Under the pieces are notes generated by a model. It was not told the DNA's origin. It saw only the letters and a program-made list of their open reading frames with translations, and ran no database searches. From Octopus bimaculoides (taxonomy: Eukaryota): DNA of 64,000 nt. The stretch covers positions 11,556,674 through 11,620,673 of the forward strand of contig NC_069007.1 of NCBI RefSeq assembly GCF_001194135.2, written 5' to 3'. This document shows, piece after piece, positions 11,298 through 24,424 of the stretch; position 1 is the stretch's first letter, and every line of letters starts with the position of its first letter. Both the position numbers and the translations under genes were made by a program.

Positions 11298-11789
11298 TAT
11301 TGAAGCTGAAATGCATCTTACTCCCTGAGTTTCACAACATTGAGATTGTAGATACATAAGTATATACATACGTACACATATACATATTTACATATACGTG
11401 TATACATGTATGTAAGTGTATATATCTAAATGTTGTATGCAGTTTGTGCGTTTAGTTATTTGGCCTAAAGCATTTGAAGAACTGGTCTAATGCTGTTGAT
11501 AAAAATATCAACATAAACAGAGAAAAGTAACAGGAAACACAGAGAGAATGTTTGTCACCTTCACAATACCTGCATAATTGCATTGCAACTTTGTTTTGCA
11601 TTTAAATAATGTGTTTGTGTGTGTGCAACAGAAAAAGTATAACAACTACTTTGTCGATAAACAAGTAAATGTGTGTGTGTGTGTATGTATATATGTGTAT
11701 ATGTGTGTTCATATATATATATATATTTATATATATATATACACATATATATGTATTATGTATGTATATATATATGTGTATATATAATG

Positions 11790-11820
<31 letters not shown>

Positions 11821-11958
11821 ACACGTACGTACATATATATATATGAAAATATGTAAGTGTATATATGCATTATATCAAAGATATTGCTAACAACCAACTT
11901 TAAAAAATATATCGTTACACATTGTATAAACATCACTTACAGTATGTATATATGTCAC

Positions 11959-12017
<59 letters not shown>

Positions 12018-12439
12018 GTATATGTATTTATGTTTTTGATTGTTTACTTACATATATAGGTGTGTGCATGTGTGAGTACATATACATACCTATATACATT
12101 CACATATATACATACATTCATACGTACATACACACACACCTATATATATATATGTGTGTGTCTATACACACGTATATATTATTTACTGATTAATTTGTAT
12201 ATCTTGTTATGTCCATTGTTGCCTACTCTAAACTTTTCCCCCCTACATGCATCCCCCCTCACCCATCCACCCTCCACCCCATCCACTCCTTCCCTGATAT
12301 TCATGAATTTCACATGGAGTTCCATGATGTTGTTTGCACAGACTTTGTCAATAATGTGGTGCCTCAAATAAGCATCCATGTTACTCCACAGTTGCAGTTG
12401 GGTAATATTTAACCATCCTGATTAACATCACTGTTAGTG

Positions 12440-12860
12440 GTGGCGCCACCACTACCACCACCACCACCACCACCACCACCATTGTAATCATTTTCATCAT
12501 CTTCATTATCGTAACTGTCATCATCATTATTGTCATTCTGACTCACTCTTCATCAGTCTCAACAGAATGATCAGCACCACTCTTAGCTCCATTATCATCA
12601 TCATCTTCGTCATCATCATCATCATCACAACCCTGGTCACCATCATCATCACCATCCTCATCTGCACAATCTTGATCACCAACATCATCATCGTCGTCAA
12701 CATCATCATCATCATCATCATCAGTATCATCGCCGTCATCATCATTGTCATCATCATCATCATCAGGATCATGATTATCATTATCATCACAACCCTCATT
12801 ATCTTCATCATTCTCATCATCCTCATCATCGTCGTCGTCATCAATCTAGATCACCATTAT
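12440..12860. repeat. Compound (CAC)n/(CAT)n microsatellite
   Basis: Direct reading. Confidence 0.95.
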
Positions 12861-13009
12861 GGCCTCATCTACCACCATGACAATCAGTCACGTTATCTTT
12901 ACCATTAATCTTCACCCACATCAGTCGAGGCACAGGTCCTGGTCATCACATTTTCAGTTCCTGAGCATGGTGATGTGTTGTTCCACTCTTTACCAACTGC
13001 CTCTCCAGG

Positions 13010-13186
13010 CAAAATGCCTAGTGGCATTTTGCCTGTTGCTACATTCTAAGTTCAAATTCCACCGAGGTCAGCTTTGCTTTTCATCCTTTCAGGGTTGACA
13101 AATTAAGTACCAGTTTGACACTGGGGTCAATGTAATCCACACATCCCCTCCCCCAAAATGGCTACCCATGTGGCAAAATTTGAAAC

Positions 13187-13190
<4 letters not shown>
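13010..13190 (+). mobile_element. SINE family B (tRNA-derived, GAGTTCAAATTCC B-box) with (ATT)n tail
   Basis: Matches full copies at 35437 and 35722. Confidence 0.8.
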
Positions 13191-13231
<41 letters not shown>

Positions 13232-13890
13232 AGGCATCACGCAGTATCCAATATCATGATGTTGTTGATTGAAGACATTGTGTCTTCTGGGGGTTTGTAC
13301 TGTCAAGTCACAAGGACCTCAGACAGTACTTTATGCAGTATGTGTGCCACTTCAAGTAAAGTCGATTTTTGTAGTACACCTAGATTGTAGGGTATGTCAA
13401 AAGTTTCCAGAGATGTTTCTTCACATTGGGTGGCGTTGAGCTCAATGCTCTGATAACAACAGGGACAGCCTTTATGTTTGACTCACATAGCTGCCACATC
13501 TTGGCAATCGCAATTCTCAGGTCTCTATATTTATTAATCTTCTCTCTTTCTTTCATGATATTTTGCTCTCCTGGCATTGCCACATCGATTATTAGGTACT
13601 CTTGTTTGTCCCTCCTAAAGGTTACAATATCCAGCCCTTCAGTGCTCTAATACCTTGTCTGTCTGGAAGTCAAAATCCCAGAGGATTTTTAACCTTCCCA
13701 TTTTCATCCATTACCTTTTCCGGTGTATGTTGGTACCAAGCACCTGTTACCTCATACCCATATTTCCGGTATAGTAACCAGTGAAGCTTTTGGGCTAATT
13801 TGTCATGTCTGTGCTTGTACTCTTTCTGCGCAAGACTTTCACAAACACTAATAACGTGAGTCATGCTTTCAACCCTTTTCCCACAGGAGG
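13190..13890 (-). mobile_element. R4/Dong-clade non-LTR retrotransposon 3' end (zinc knuckle plus restriction-like endonuclease), 5'-truncated, (TAA)n tail
   Basis: CGKRVESMTHVISVCESLAQKEYKHRHDKLAQKLHW..WYQHTPEKV..; IIDVAMPG..EKINKYRDLRIAIAKMW..VPVVIRAL; ends in (AAT)n on minus strand. Confidence 0.85.
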
Positions 13891-14127
13891 AAGAGGATGG
13901 CGAATAACAGGCTTTAATGGTAGATCACAACATTTGTTCCTACAGTGCACATCAGCTTTCAGTTGCTAAATTTATATTCAAATACCATTCTAGAAAATCA
14001 TTCTTTATAATTATTATACAGTTTGAATATTTTTCAGCAACAGCCATGTGTAGGTGATTCATTGAGTGGAATACGATTAATTGCTGTTTGATCATTCCAA
14101 AAGGAATTAATTATAATATATGAATGT

Positions 14128-14603
14128 AAACTCAGTAACTCAAAACTGCAGTACAGTGCAGAAACAAATGTTATGATCTACAATTAAAGACTGATATTCC
14201 TATATATACATATATTTATACACACACGCATAAAGGCACGCACGCACACGCACACACACACACACACACGTTCACATATACGTACATACACACTCACACA
14301 GCACACACACACACTAACTCTCACGCACACACACACATAAGACTATATTTATGTATATATAGATATACACATGTATACATATGGTGTGATTATGTTCCTC
14401 TAACTTAGTGGTTCAGCAAAAGAGACCAATAGAATAAGTACTAGGCTTACAAACAATAAGTCCTGGGGTAGATTTGTTCGACTAAAGGCGATGCTCCAGC
14501 ATTGTCACGTCCAAATGACTGAAACAAAAGAATAAACTTAGTAACTGAAAACTACAGTACAGTGCAGATACAAATGTTGTAATCTACTATTAAAGACTGA
14601 TAT
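14128..14603. repeat. Local duplication of about 75 bp (14128-14200 vs 14534-14603) bracketing a SINE A tail (14385-14533)
   Basis: AAACTcAGTAACTcAAAACTgCAGTACAGTGCAGAaACAAATGTT..ATTAAAGACTGATAT occurs twice with several substitutions. Confidence 0.75.
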
Positions 14604-15572
14604 ATNNNNNNNNNNNNNNNNNNNNNNNNNNNNNNNNNNNNNNNNNNNNNNNNNNNNNNNNNNNNNNNNNNNNNNNNNNNNNNNNNNNNNNNNNNNNNNN
14701 NNNNNNNNNNNNNNNNNNNNNNNNNNNNNNNNNNNNNNNNNNNNNNNNNNNNNNNNNNNNNNNNNNNNNNNNNNNNNNNNNNNNNNNNNNNNNNNNNNNN
14801 NNNNNNNNNNNNNNNNNNNNNNNNNNNNNNNNNNNNNNNNNNNNNNNNNNNNNNNNNNNNNNNNNNNNNNNNNNNNNNNNNNNNNNNNNNNNNNNNNNNN
14901 NNNNNNNNNNNNNNNNNNNNNNNNNNNNNNNNNNNNNNNNNNNNNNNNNNNNNNNNNNNNNNNNNNNNNNNNNNNNNNNNNNNNNNNNNNNNNNNNNNNN
15001 NNNNNNNNNNNNNNNNNNNNNNNNNNNNNNNNNNNNNNNNNNNNNNNNNNNNNNNNNNNNNNNNNNNNNNNNNNNNNNNNNNNNNTGGGGGTTGGTTAGC
15101 CTCTGTTTTCAGACAAAGAAGGGAAAACATTCATTTCTGAAATGTGATCAACGTATCAGACAATTATCAGGTGATTAAATTTGATTTTATAGCCTGTCAC
15201 ATGACCAACATTATGATGGTGATGGTGATGATGGTTCATGGGAGATGGTGTGGGGCGGTAGTGGCCGAATTTACATTGAACCGATTGTATATGCGGTTAA
15301 CATAAGGGAACGATGGCCACGTGTAGTGTGGGGGGAGAGAGAGAGGTAGAGAGAATGACAGAGAGAGAGAGAAAGAGAATGACAGAGAGAGAGAGGGGTA
15401 GAGAGAATGACAGAGAGAGAGATGTGGAGAGAACGGAAAGTGAAGAGTTTGAATTTTACGTCTGACTGAAATAAACTCATTTTCTCACTAATCAAAATAT
15501 TTAAAATCTGTCAATCGGTACCTTCCACTTACCACCCCCACAAAAACAAACACACACAAACTGTTATCTTAC

Positions 15573-15647
15573 AACTATCGACAAGTGATATATTAAAGTC
15601 TCTTAAATGTTTGTAATATCCATTGAGACAATTTAATTTGCACGGAA
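15573..15647 (-). CDS. Weak candidate 75-nt symmetric exon (xPCKLNCLNGYYKHLRDFNISLVDS)
   Basis: aatttttcag acceptor, gtaaga donor, open phase 1-1. Confidence 0.25.
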
Positions 15648-16248
15648 CTGAAAAATTTTACCTGGAGTGCACAATGGTTATCTTCATTGTCATCACCATC
15701 ATCATTATTGTGGTCATCATCACCATCATCATTATCACCATCATAATTATTATCTGCATTTTTATCACCACCACCATCATTCTTCTCACTCATATGTTTA
15801 TCGTCTTCATCTCCAGTCTACTGGTATTTTCATCTCCGGTCTGCCAGTCTTTCCTTCATCAAATGCAATTTCCTTCAACATTAATCCTAAATCTCTCTTA
15901 TCTTGTTTCAGTATCCAATGGAAGTGATCATCAACATTTTCTTTCATATATACACACACACATGCACACACACACAGAGATATATATATGTATGTTATTT
16001 AATATTTTGCTTAGGTATAGCAATGCTAATAACCTGCTGTTTGAATTTTAGAATAATATATTTAGAGGCTCTGAAGAAGCTAAAATGTGATGCACAAGAA
16101 CTCATCTGTGGGTGCATTGCACCTTATAGCAGAAACAGTAGTAAGCTAATGAAGTTGATTAAGTAATTTCTGTTCACTTCCTATTTCTTTAATTTTGTAT
16201 ACATATGTGTATGTGTTTGTGTATGATGTGTGTGTTTTTATTTGTATG

Positions 16249-16281
<33 letters not shown>

Positions 16282-16832
16282 ATGGAGAGAGAGAGAGAGA
16301 TAGAGCAAATGGCTATGGTCAGGTTGGCTGTGAAGTTGTGGGTATTTCCAGAATAACACCTGCATTTAACTCCATTTCTTAATGTATCTATATGATACAA
16401 ACACATTTCACTAAACCCTGGAACTTCTACCTTTATAAGTAGGCTGTAACATCCTTGGCACTTAGGTGAATTTTTGCTACCCTGGTATATATCTGCATAT
16501 GTTAGTGCACACATGCTAGTAATTTAATTAGAGAGGGGACAGAGTAATTCAAAAATACATAAAATTATACAGTTAAGGTTAAATTAAATGAAAAAAACAA
16601 AAGTATGTGCGATACTCAGATATCTATCCATATACGCATATACCTATACGCACATACATACACATATACATACACACAGATATACACCCTAAGACAGGTA
16701 TATACATATATCTATACATATGTACACACACATACACATCTACACCACCATACACCTATATATATATGTGTGTGTGTATATATATATATATAGGTATATA
16801 TATCTACTTGCATATATGCACACATGCACACA

Positions 16833-17057
16833 CAGTAATCCGTCAACTATCGCAGGTATTACGTTCCACTCCCCCTCCCCGTGATAGGTAAAAATCCGTG
16901 AAGTAGAAACAGTACTGTACTGTATATTTTTTTTATTATCTTTATAATTTGTGTATATTCATTTTATTATAAATGCAAAACAATGCCACGGAAGAATCAA
17001 CGTAAGCTTAAATGATAGACTGTGATAGGTGAACTGCAATATGGCGAGAGATTACTG
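16833..17057. mobile_element. Tigger/pogo-type MITE
   Basis: Imperfect TIRs CAGTAATCCgTC.. / ..GAGAGATTACTG, TA on right flank. Confidence 0.7.
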
Positions 17058-17074
17058 TATGTGTGTGTGTGTCA

Positions 17075-17310
17075 TCATCATCATCATCGTTTAACGTCCA
17101 CTTTCCATGCTAGCATGGGTTGGACAATTTGACTGAGGACTGGTGAACCAGATGGCTACACCAGGCACCAATCTGATTTGGCAGAGTTTCTACAACTGGA
17201 TGCCCTTCCTAATGCCAACCACTCCGAGAGTGTAGTGGGTGCTTCTACATGCCACCGCCACGGAGGCCAGTCAGGTGTTACTGGCAACGGTCATGCTCAA
17301 AATGGTGTCT
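17075..17310 (-). mobile_element. RTE-type 3' end repeat (family C) with (GAT)n tail
   Basis: CATCATCGTTTAACGTCCACTTTCCATGCTAGCATGGGTTGG..CTGGATGCCCTTCCTAATGCCAACC; same family as 41575 and 61930. Confidence 0.85.
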
Positions 17311-17512
17311 TTTACATGCTATGCATACACATATGGACACCCACATATACTATCTTGTTTTTCTTCTTTCTTTCCTTTTCCTTCCTCTGATTCTTCTTCT
17401 TCTTCCCCTCCTCCTACTTGACTTTCATCTTCTCTTATTCATTTTCCTCCCCTCCTTCCCTTTCTCCCTCCTACTATTATACGTATCCACCCTCTTGATT
17501 CTACCCACCTAC

Positions 17513-17606
17513 CCGCATAATATCTTCTCCACAGACACATCCCGCATATACACTTTTAATTTGTTCTTTTTTTTATTTCCACTTAGTATTTTCCTAACAA
17601 CGGCGT
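17513..17606 (-). CDS. Weak candidate exon (xAVVRKILSGNKKKNKLKVYMRDVSVEKILC)
   Basis: Strong acceptor ttgtattgtgtcttttcag, gtaggt donor, 94 nt open. Confidence 0.25.
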
Positions 17607-18012
17607 CTGAAAAGACACAATACAATAGCATGCCATTGATGCTAGTCTGAGAAGGTGCCTCTCCAATGCCTAAAACTGCAAATATTGCACAACATTTCTT
17701 CTAGAATTTTTGCGTAGACTGGCGTTGGTACAGGAACATTTATAACTTATAATTAAAGAGGTGTTAAAGAATTGTCTTTATTTTCTCATTGGATTATATA
17801 TACACACACACATACATACATATATATAATGTATTGGTCCGTGGTATAATTCAACAAAGAGAGCATGCCATATGGTGAGAGTCAAAGTTCATAGTTCAGC
17901 ATGAAGAGGGGTCTGAGCCTGAAAAAATGTGTTTGGATTTTCAGACACGTGAAACTATTAGTAGCAACCAAAGTTATGTATTGTGATCCTTAAACAGAAA
18001 TATATACATACA

Positions 18013-18310
18013 TGCTGAGACCCCCTTCGGTCATGACTGACCATTGGATTGCACCTAGAAAGTTACCCTCTCAGGCACAAGTCCGGGCAAGGTTGTTTAT
18101 AGAACCGACCTCCCATCTCCCCGCCACCAGTGTTATCTAAGGGAAAGGCAAAGGCTGAAACAGCTTGGCACCTGTGACATCACAACTCATTTCTACAGCT
18201 GAGTCAACTGAAGCAACGTGAAATAAAGTGTCTTGCTCAAGAACTCAACATGCAGCCCAGTCTGGGATTCAAACTCACAATCGTAAGCTCGACGCTCTAA
18301 CCACTTAGCC
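18013..18310 (-). mobile_element. SINE family D (tRNA head)
   Basis: Ends GGGATTCAAACTC..CTCTAACCACTTAGCC (reverse tRNA head); body shared with 23300-23550. Confidence 0.8.
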
Positions 18311-18346
<36 letters not shown>

Positions 18347-18354
18347 TTTTAAAA

Positions 18355-18545
18355 TTTGGGTACAGAGCCATCAGCTTTTGAAGGGAGGGGGTTACTTAAT
18401 GATATCGATCCCAGTGCTCAACAGGTATATATTTTATTGAGCCTGAAAGGTAAACAAAGTCGACCTTGGTGGAATTTGAACTCAGAGCATAAGGATGGAC
18501 AAAATGTCACTATGCCTGGCATGTTAATGGTTCCACCAATTTGCT
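18355..18545 (-). mobile_element. SINE family B in (AAT)n
   Basis: AAAGTCGACCTTGGTGGAATTTGAACTC. Confidence 0.8.
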
Positions 18546-19314
18546 ACCATAGTAACAATAATAATAATAATAGTAATAATGATCATGATAATAATGATAA
18601 TGATGATGGTGATAATAATAATAATAATAATTATAATAATAATAATAATAATAACAACAGTAGTAGTAAATGAAAGACTTTATGAAATACTTTTACCTTC
18701 TCCTCCAAGTCGACAATTTTTAATATCCTGATTAATCTGAATATTTTTCCAATAAGCAAAATTAATTTAGAAATCTTATTAACAAAATTAATTTTACTTT
18801 CTCATCTTTTTGTTTTCTTTTTCTATTTATTTTTCTTTCTGTTTTTTTTTTCTTTTTGCAGAGGGAGGGAGAATGGGATGTAAATTTTAATTTTTATATA
18901 TTTTTTTTATTTTTCTATTTTTGATATATTTTCTTTGCTCGGTCACCAAGTTTTGAGCCGATAATCACATATTAACTAACACAATGTATGGCTGTCTGAT
19001 AACGAACTTTGGTTAACGCAATCTGTTATATGCTTGCTGAAGTCATCGCTACCGCCACCTTCATAATAATCATTATCATCATCTACATCATTATCATCAT
19101 CATCATCACCATTGTCTTCATGCTCATCTTCATTGTCATCATCATCATCACCACCACCACATTAATCACTACATCTTTATTGCTGCTCTTATCGTTTTTC
19201 CTCTCTCTCTCTCACCCCTCCCCCTTCTCAGCCCTCCACGTTTTCCTCCTCCTCCTCCCCCTTCCTCATTATCATCATCATCATCACTACCACCACCAGC
19301 ATTGTAATAGTACG

Positions 19315-19625
19315 TGTTTCAAATTTCGGCACAAGGCCAGCAATTTCAGAGCAGGTGGTGGGGTAAGTCAATTACATCAACCCCAGTATTCAACTGGTAC
19401 TTACCTTATTGATCCCAAAAGGACGAAAGGTAAAGTCAACCTCAGCAGAATTTGAACTCTGGACAAAATTCCACCAAGAATTTCATCCGGCAAGCTAATG
19501 GTTCTCCCAACTTGTCACCCTCGCTGCCATAATAATAATAGTTTAGAATTTTGGTACAAGGCCAGTTAATTCGGTGGTGGTGAGGGGATAAGTCAATTAC
19601 ATTGACCCCAGTGTCCAGCTGGTAC
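19315..19625 (-). mobile_element. SINE family B, one copy plus an adjacent partial copy
   Basis: CACAAGGCCAGCAATTT..AAGGTAAAGTCAACCTCAGCAGAATTTGAACTC. Confidence 0.8.
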
Positions 19626-21140
19626 CTCTTCCACTACCTCTGCACTCATCACTTCATTTTTCTTTCATTTATTTTGTGTTCGGTCTGCATTTGGTTTGAT
19701 AGGTTTTACAGCATACACCACCACCACTACAACCACAGCTAACACCACCAACACCATCATAACCACCACCACCAATACCACCACCAATACCACTCTTGAA
19801 GAATGTACCCAATGGGATGTGAATGTATGCAGGTGTGTGTGAGAGAGAGACTATATGCATGTGTACGCATCATTGTGTGTGTGTGTGTTTGATTATCACA
19901 TTTAAATGAGGATGTTGACAATGATGAAAACAACAAGAGCGTTGAAAATAGCAACAGGAATGATGATGATGATGATGATGATGATGATGGCAATGACAAC
20001 CTCTATTATGGCGATGACAATGAAATGATGAAATGATGACAACAGCAACAACAACAACAACGATGATGATCATCATCATGATGATGCCAACAGGTGGAGA
20101 TGAGGGTGATGGTGGTGGTGCACAGGAAGAAGAGGAGGAGGAGAAGGCAGAAGGGGATTAGGATGAAGATAATGATGAAGACGAACCAGTTAAATTAACT
20201 TTTCAAAGCCAGAAGCCTCTAAAAATTAATTTAACAGTTTCACTTGTAGGTTTACATTTGGTTGTATATTGGTGGGGGGGGGGGTTCAGAAATAGGGGAG
20301 GGAACCCCTGCAGGGTGTTGGAATATTTTTCTGTCTACATTTCTTGTATTTTCATAACAATTCCCCCTCTACTCTTTTATTCCATTTCTGTTCTGTTGTT
20401 CTGTTATTCTTGTTCCTTAATTCCTTCATTCGTTTTTCATTTGTCCTTTCAGTCTTTTATGTTTAACCTTTATCTTTTCATATATTCTTTTATTTATTTT
20501 TCTTTAGCCTTTCATCTCAGCAGTGAATTGGCTGAGTGGTTAGAGTATGGGACCAAATGCCTTGTGGCGTTTGTTTTGGTTCTCTACACTCTATGTTCAA
20601 ATCCAGCTGAGGTCACATTTTCTTTTCTTCCATTCTGGGTTAATATAGAATAACAGCCTGAAATGGTTGAATGGTAGAATTCATGGAGTAGTGGATAAGG
20701 TGCTTTGCTATGCTTTTTCCAGCAGATGTTTCTAACCTAAGATCAAACCCCACCAGGATCAACTTTGCATTTCATCCCTTTATTTGTGTTGGGGATAGAG
20801 ACCTTAAAACAAATTCTCAAAAGATGGAATGGTGAATTGGTAGAATAGATAGAATTTTGGGTGGAGAGGTCTTACAGTGAGTTTAAATCCTGTGTAAATA
20901 TTCACAGCCAGCCTAATCTCACGCCATTGATTGCTACTGCAACAACGGTGACAACCACACTGACAACACTATCTCGCGATACCTTCTTTCTGTAAGTCCC
21001 ATTTTGGTTGGTCCATCAATTATACCATACTAACTGGTGCAAAATCTGTTCCCTCCCAACTTTAAACCCAAAATATTTTAATTTAAAACTCAACTCTTGA
21101 ATAGTAATTAATCTGTTTCATAATAATTTTGCTCATTTAA

Positions 21141-21368
21141 CCCATTCATTACCAACCTGGCTGAAGCCCCCCCCCCCTCTGGCTCTGTAGTACAAATGTC
21201 TTGTTTCCAAAAGTTCTGAATTAAAATCTTCCACCAAACCTTAGTCACAATTTATGTTCCTAAGACTAGCTTAATGATAACTAAGTTATTTTACTAAATT
21301 CTTTGTTACATTTAAAATTAACTGAAAGAAACACAGAGCATCTCAAAATAAATACAGTAACGAAAGGG
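21141..21368. mobile_element. piggyBac-type MITE
   Basis: TTAA|CCCATTCATTAC ... GTAACGAAAGGG|TTAA: TTAA target duplication and CCC/GGG termini. Confidence 0.75.
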
Positions 21369-21374
21369 TTAAGT

Positions 21375-21570
21375 GGTGACCAAGCAGAATCATTAGCATG
21401 CTGGGCAAAATGCTTAGCGGCATTTCATCTATCTTCACGTTCTGAGTTCAAATTCCACCGAGGTCAACTTTGCCTTTCATCCTTTTGAGGTCAGTAAAAT
21501 GGGTACCGGGTATCACAGGGGTCAATGTAATTGACTCACTCCTTCCCTTAAAACTGCAGGCTTTGTACCA
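21375..21570 (+). mobile_element. SINE family B
   Basis: GCAGAATCATTAGCATGCTGGGCAAAATGCTTAGCGG..GAGTTCAAATTCCACCGAGGTC. Confidence 0.85.
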
Positions 21571-22389
21571 AAATCTATATTTTACTCATTCATTTTTCTT
21601 CCTTCTCATCTCATTCCTTTCCTTTTATTTTTCCATAGAATTTCACTTACTTCTTTATTCACTTTTGTCTGTTCTGTTTATTCTTTCTCATCTATTCCTT
21701 TATTCTTTCATCTTTTTTTCATTCTTTGCCTTCTATTCTGTAATTCCTCACTTTGCCCCTTTTTTTCATTCTACCATTTCACTTTTATCTTTCTTTGGCC
21801 TCATTTATTAAATGCCACCATTTATGTGTGTGTGTGTCTGTTTGTGTATGTGTGTGTGTGTGTGTGTGTGTAGGTTTGATGTTACAAGAGAAAAAGAACT
21901 CTATGTGAAATTGCAGCACGTGTGTGTGTGTGTGTGTGTGTGTATCTTTCTAATTTAACTGTAACACTATGTACCAAATGCTCATTTCGATAATGTAGTT
22001 TTACAGCTGCACACACACTTGCACGCACACACACACACACACACACACATACACACTCACTCTATGTTCACTTTCAAAGTTCATTTGACATTTTTTTCCA
22101 TTCTTGAATCTCAAAAACCAATTTTATTTTTTCCCTATAGAAGACATGGGGATCTGTCTTCATCACCAAAAGTTTGAAATTGGATCTGCTATTTATTGAT
22201 CAATTATTTATTTATTATTATTATTAGTTTTTCTTTTTGTTATTTTTCTTCATCATCTACCATTCTAGATATCCCCTGTACTCCTGTTTTTTAGTCACTT
22301 TCTATGTCTTCCCATCCAAATATCAGCAACCACTGCATTGTGTATGCTCTTATATACAAGCATCTATGTGTGTGTGTGTACAAGTATCT

Positions 22390-22414
22390 ATCTGTCTGTC
22401 TGCCTGCCTGTCTG

Positions 22415-22453
<39 letters not shown>

Positions 22454-22472
22454 GCCTATCTATCTATCTATA

Positions 22473-22507
<35 letters not shown>

Positions 22508-22760
22508 ATATATATATATATATATATATAATCCCTTACTATACACACACATATATACACACACACATACATACATGAACTCCCACATACATACATGCAC
22601 TCACACACATACATGCATACATACACATACACAGACATACGTATATACATACATGCACTCGCACATACATACATACATGCACTCACACACATATATACGT
22701 ACACACACACATACATATATACATGCATGCATACATACATACATACATACATTCACTTAT
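22390..22760. repeat. (TATC)n, (TA)n and (CATA)n compound microsatellite
   Basis: Direct reading. Confidence 0.95.
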
Positions 22761-23299
22761 ATATAAATCTTTTTGTCTGCATTAGTAAGAAAATGGTAAA
22801 AACTCTCAAAGAATATCTCTACCAACACGATGCTTCTATCCATGCCTCACTTAGACCTGTTCTGTGTCTTAAACCTTTCTTTTCTTTTTATCTGACATGA
22901 CAACTCAATTTCATTCTGGTCTTCAATGTCTTTATAACAAAATGTCTCTGATATAAAAACCAGATTATTCAGAGAAAAATTCCAACTTAGAATTGTAAAA
23001 TATAATTACTCCACATTTTTCTCAGACCCCCAAATGGCTTTCTGCTCTTCCTTGTTTTCTCCATTCACCCTGCTTCATTTCACCATTCATTAATGTTTAT
23101 TTTTCTATACAAGCAAGTATTAGAAGAGAGAAAGGGACTGTGTTTTGTAGCAGGATTTTATGGCTTGACACTTCTTATTGCCAACCCTTGTATCTGTTAT
23201 TTTTAACTGGTTCTTGTATTTATGGGCCTTCTGTGCATTGTTAGCAAGGAAGTGTTCCACCTTATTGTTTTTGTAACATACTGTTAGTTTAAGTGAAGG

Positions 23300-23550
23300 T
23301 GTATGCCTCTGTGGTTGAGCATCGGGCTCAAAATCATGAGGTAGTGAGTTCGATTCCCAGACTGTTATGTTCCTCAACAAGACACTTTATTCCACATTGC
23401 TCAAGTTCACTCATCTGTAGAAATGAGTTATGACGTCACTAGTGCCAAGCTGTATCAGCCTTTGCTTTTCCCTTGGGTAACACCGATGGTGAAGAGAGTG
23501 AAGGATGGTATGCATGGACAACTGCTGGTTTTCCATAAAACAACTTTGCA
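23300..23550 (+). mobile_element. SINE family D
   Basis: GTGGTTGAGC..GAGTTCGATTCCC tRNA boxes; body matches 18013-18310. Confidence 0.75.
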
Positions 23551-23799
23551 TTAGATTATTTCGGTACATCTTGCGTGTAATTTGTCAAGTTTCAGTGGGG
23601 AGCACAATAACAATAACCGATATTCTTTTATAAATTTTATTGTAAAAGTGAAGGTAGCAAATTTACTGATTCCAACTGTTACATCAGCCAGACAAGTACA
23701 ACATAACACTCTCTTGTAGGCTGCTCGTTAATTTAAAACAGAGAGCAATTGCAATAATATGCCATGGAACAAAGCTAGATAGGAAAATACTGATTTCAA

Positions 23800-24235
23800 A
23801 TTTTGGCACATGGTCTTCAAATTTGGGTGAGAGGGTGCAAGATGATTACATTGACCCCAGTGCTCAGCAGGTACTTCTTTTATTGACCCCCACAAAAGGA
23901 TGAAAGGCAAAGTCAACCTTGGCAGAATTTGAACTCAGAACGTGAAGATGGATTAAATGCTGCTAAGCATTTTGCCTGACCAATCTGTCAGCTCACTGCA
24001 TTTAGACAGAAAAATATTCTTTTCTACTCTAGCCACAAGACCCAAAATTTTGTGGGAGAGGGATAGTCGATTAGATAGACTCCAGTACACAACTGGTACT
24101 TAATTTATCAAACCTGAAAGGATGAAAGGCAAAATCAACCTTGGTGGAATTTGAACTCAGAATGTAAAGGCAGACAAAATACCACTAAACATTTCGCCCG
24201 GTGTGCTAACGTTTCTGCCAGCTCATCATCTCTGA
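23800..24235 (-). mobile_element. Two adjacent SINE family B copies
   Basis: Two GGATGAAAGGCAAA..GAATTTGAACTCAGAA blocks. Confidence 0.85.
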
Positions 24236-24352
24236 TAGGAAAATATTAACAGCAAAACTTCTATACTTTATAGAATTCCCCACAGAATTTGACAATTGAT
24301 TATGGAAGCAATATCCATCACAAAGCAATGCTACACTTGAAACACAACTTAC

Positions 24353-24424
24353 ACATGTTACAAATGCAAATCCAACGATATTGAACTGTAATGCTCCAAT
24401 GGTCAAGTTCTGACCATTAGAAAT
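24353..24424 (-). CDS. Candidate 72-nt symmetric exon (ISNGQNLTIGALQFNIVGFAFVTC), hydrophobic
   Basis: attatgtttatacag acceptor, TGT|gtaagt donor; only frame 0 open; lies within 116-codon non-repetitive ORF 24206-24556. Confidence 0.4.

Noticed and set aside
20908-20991. 84-nt plus-strand symmetric exon candidate, Thr-rich
   Set aside because: Likely decayed (ACA)n repeat; weak pyrimidine tract, no supporting neighbours.
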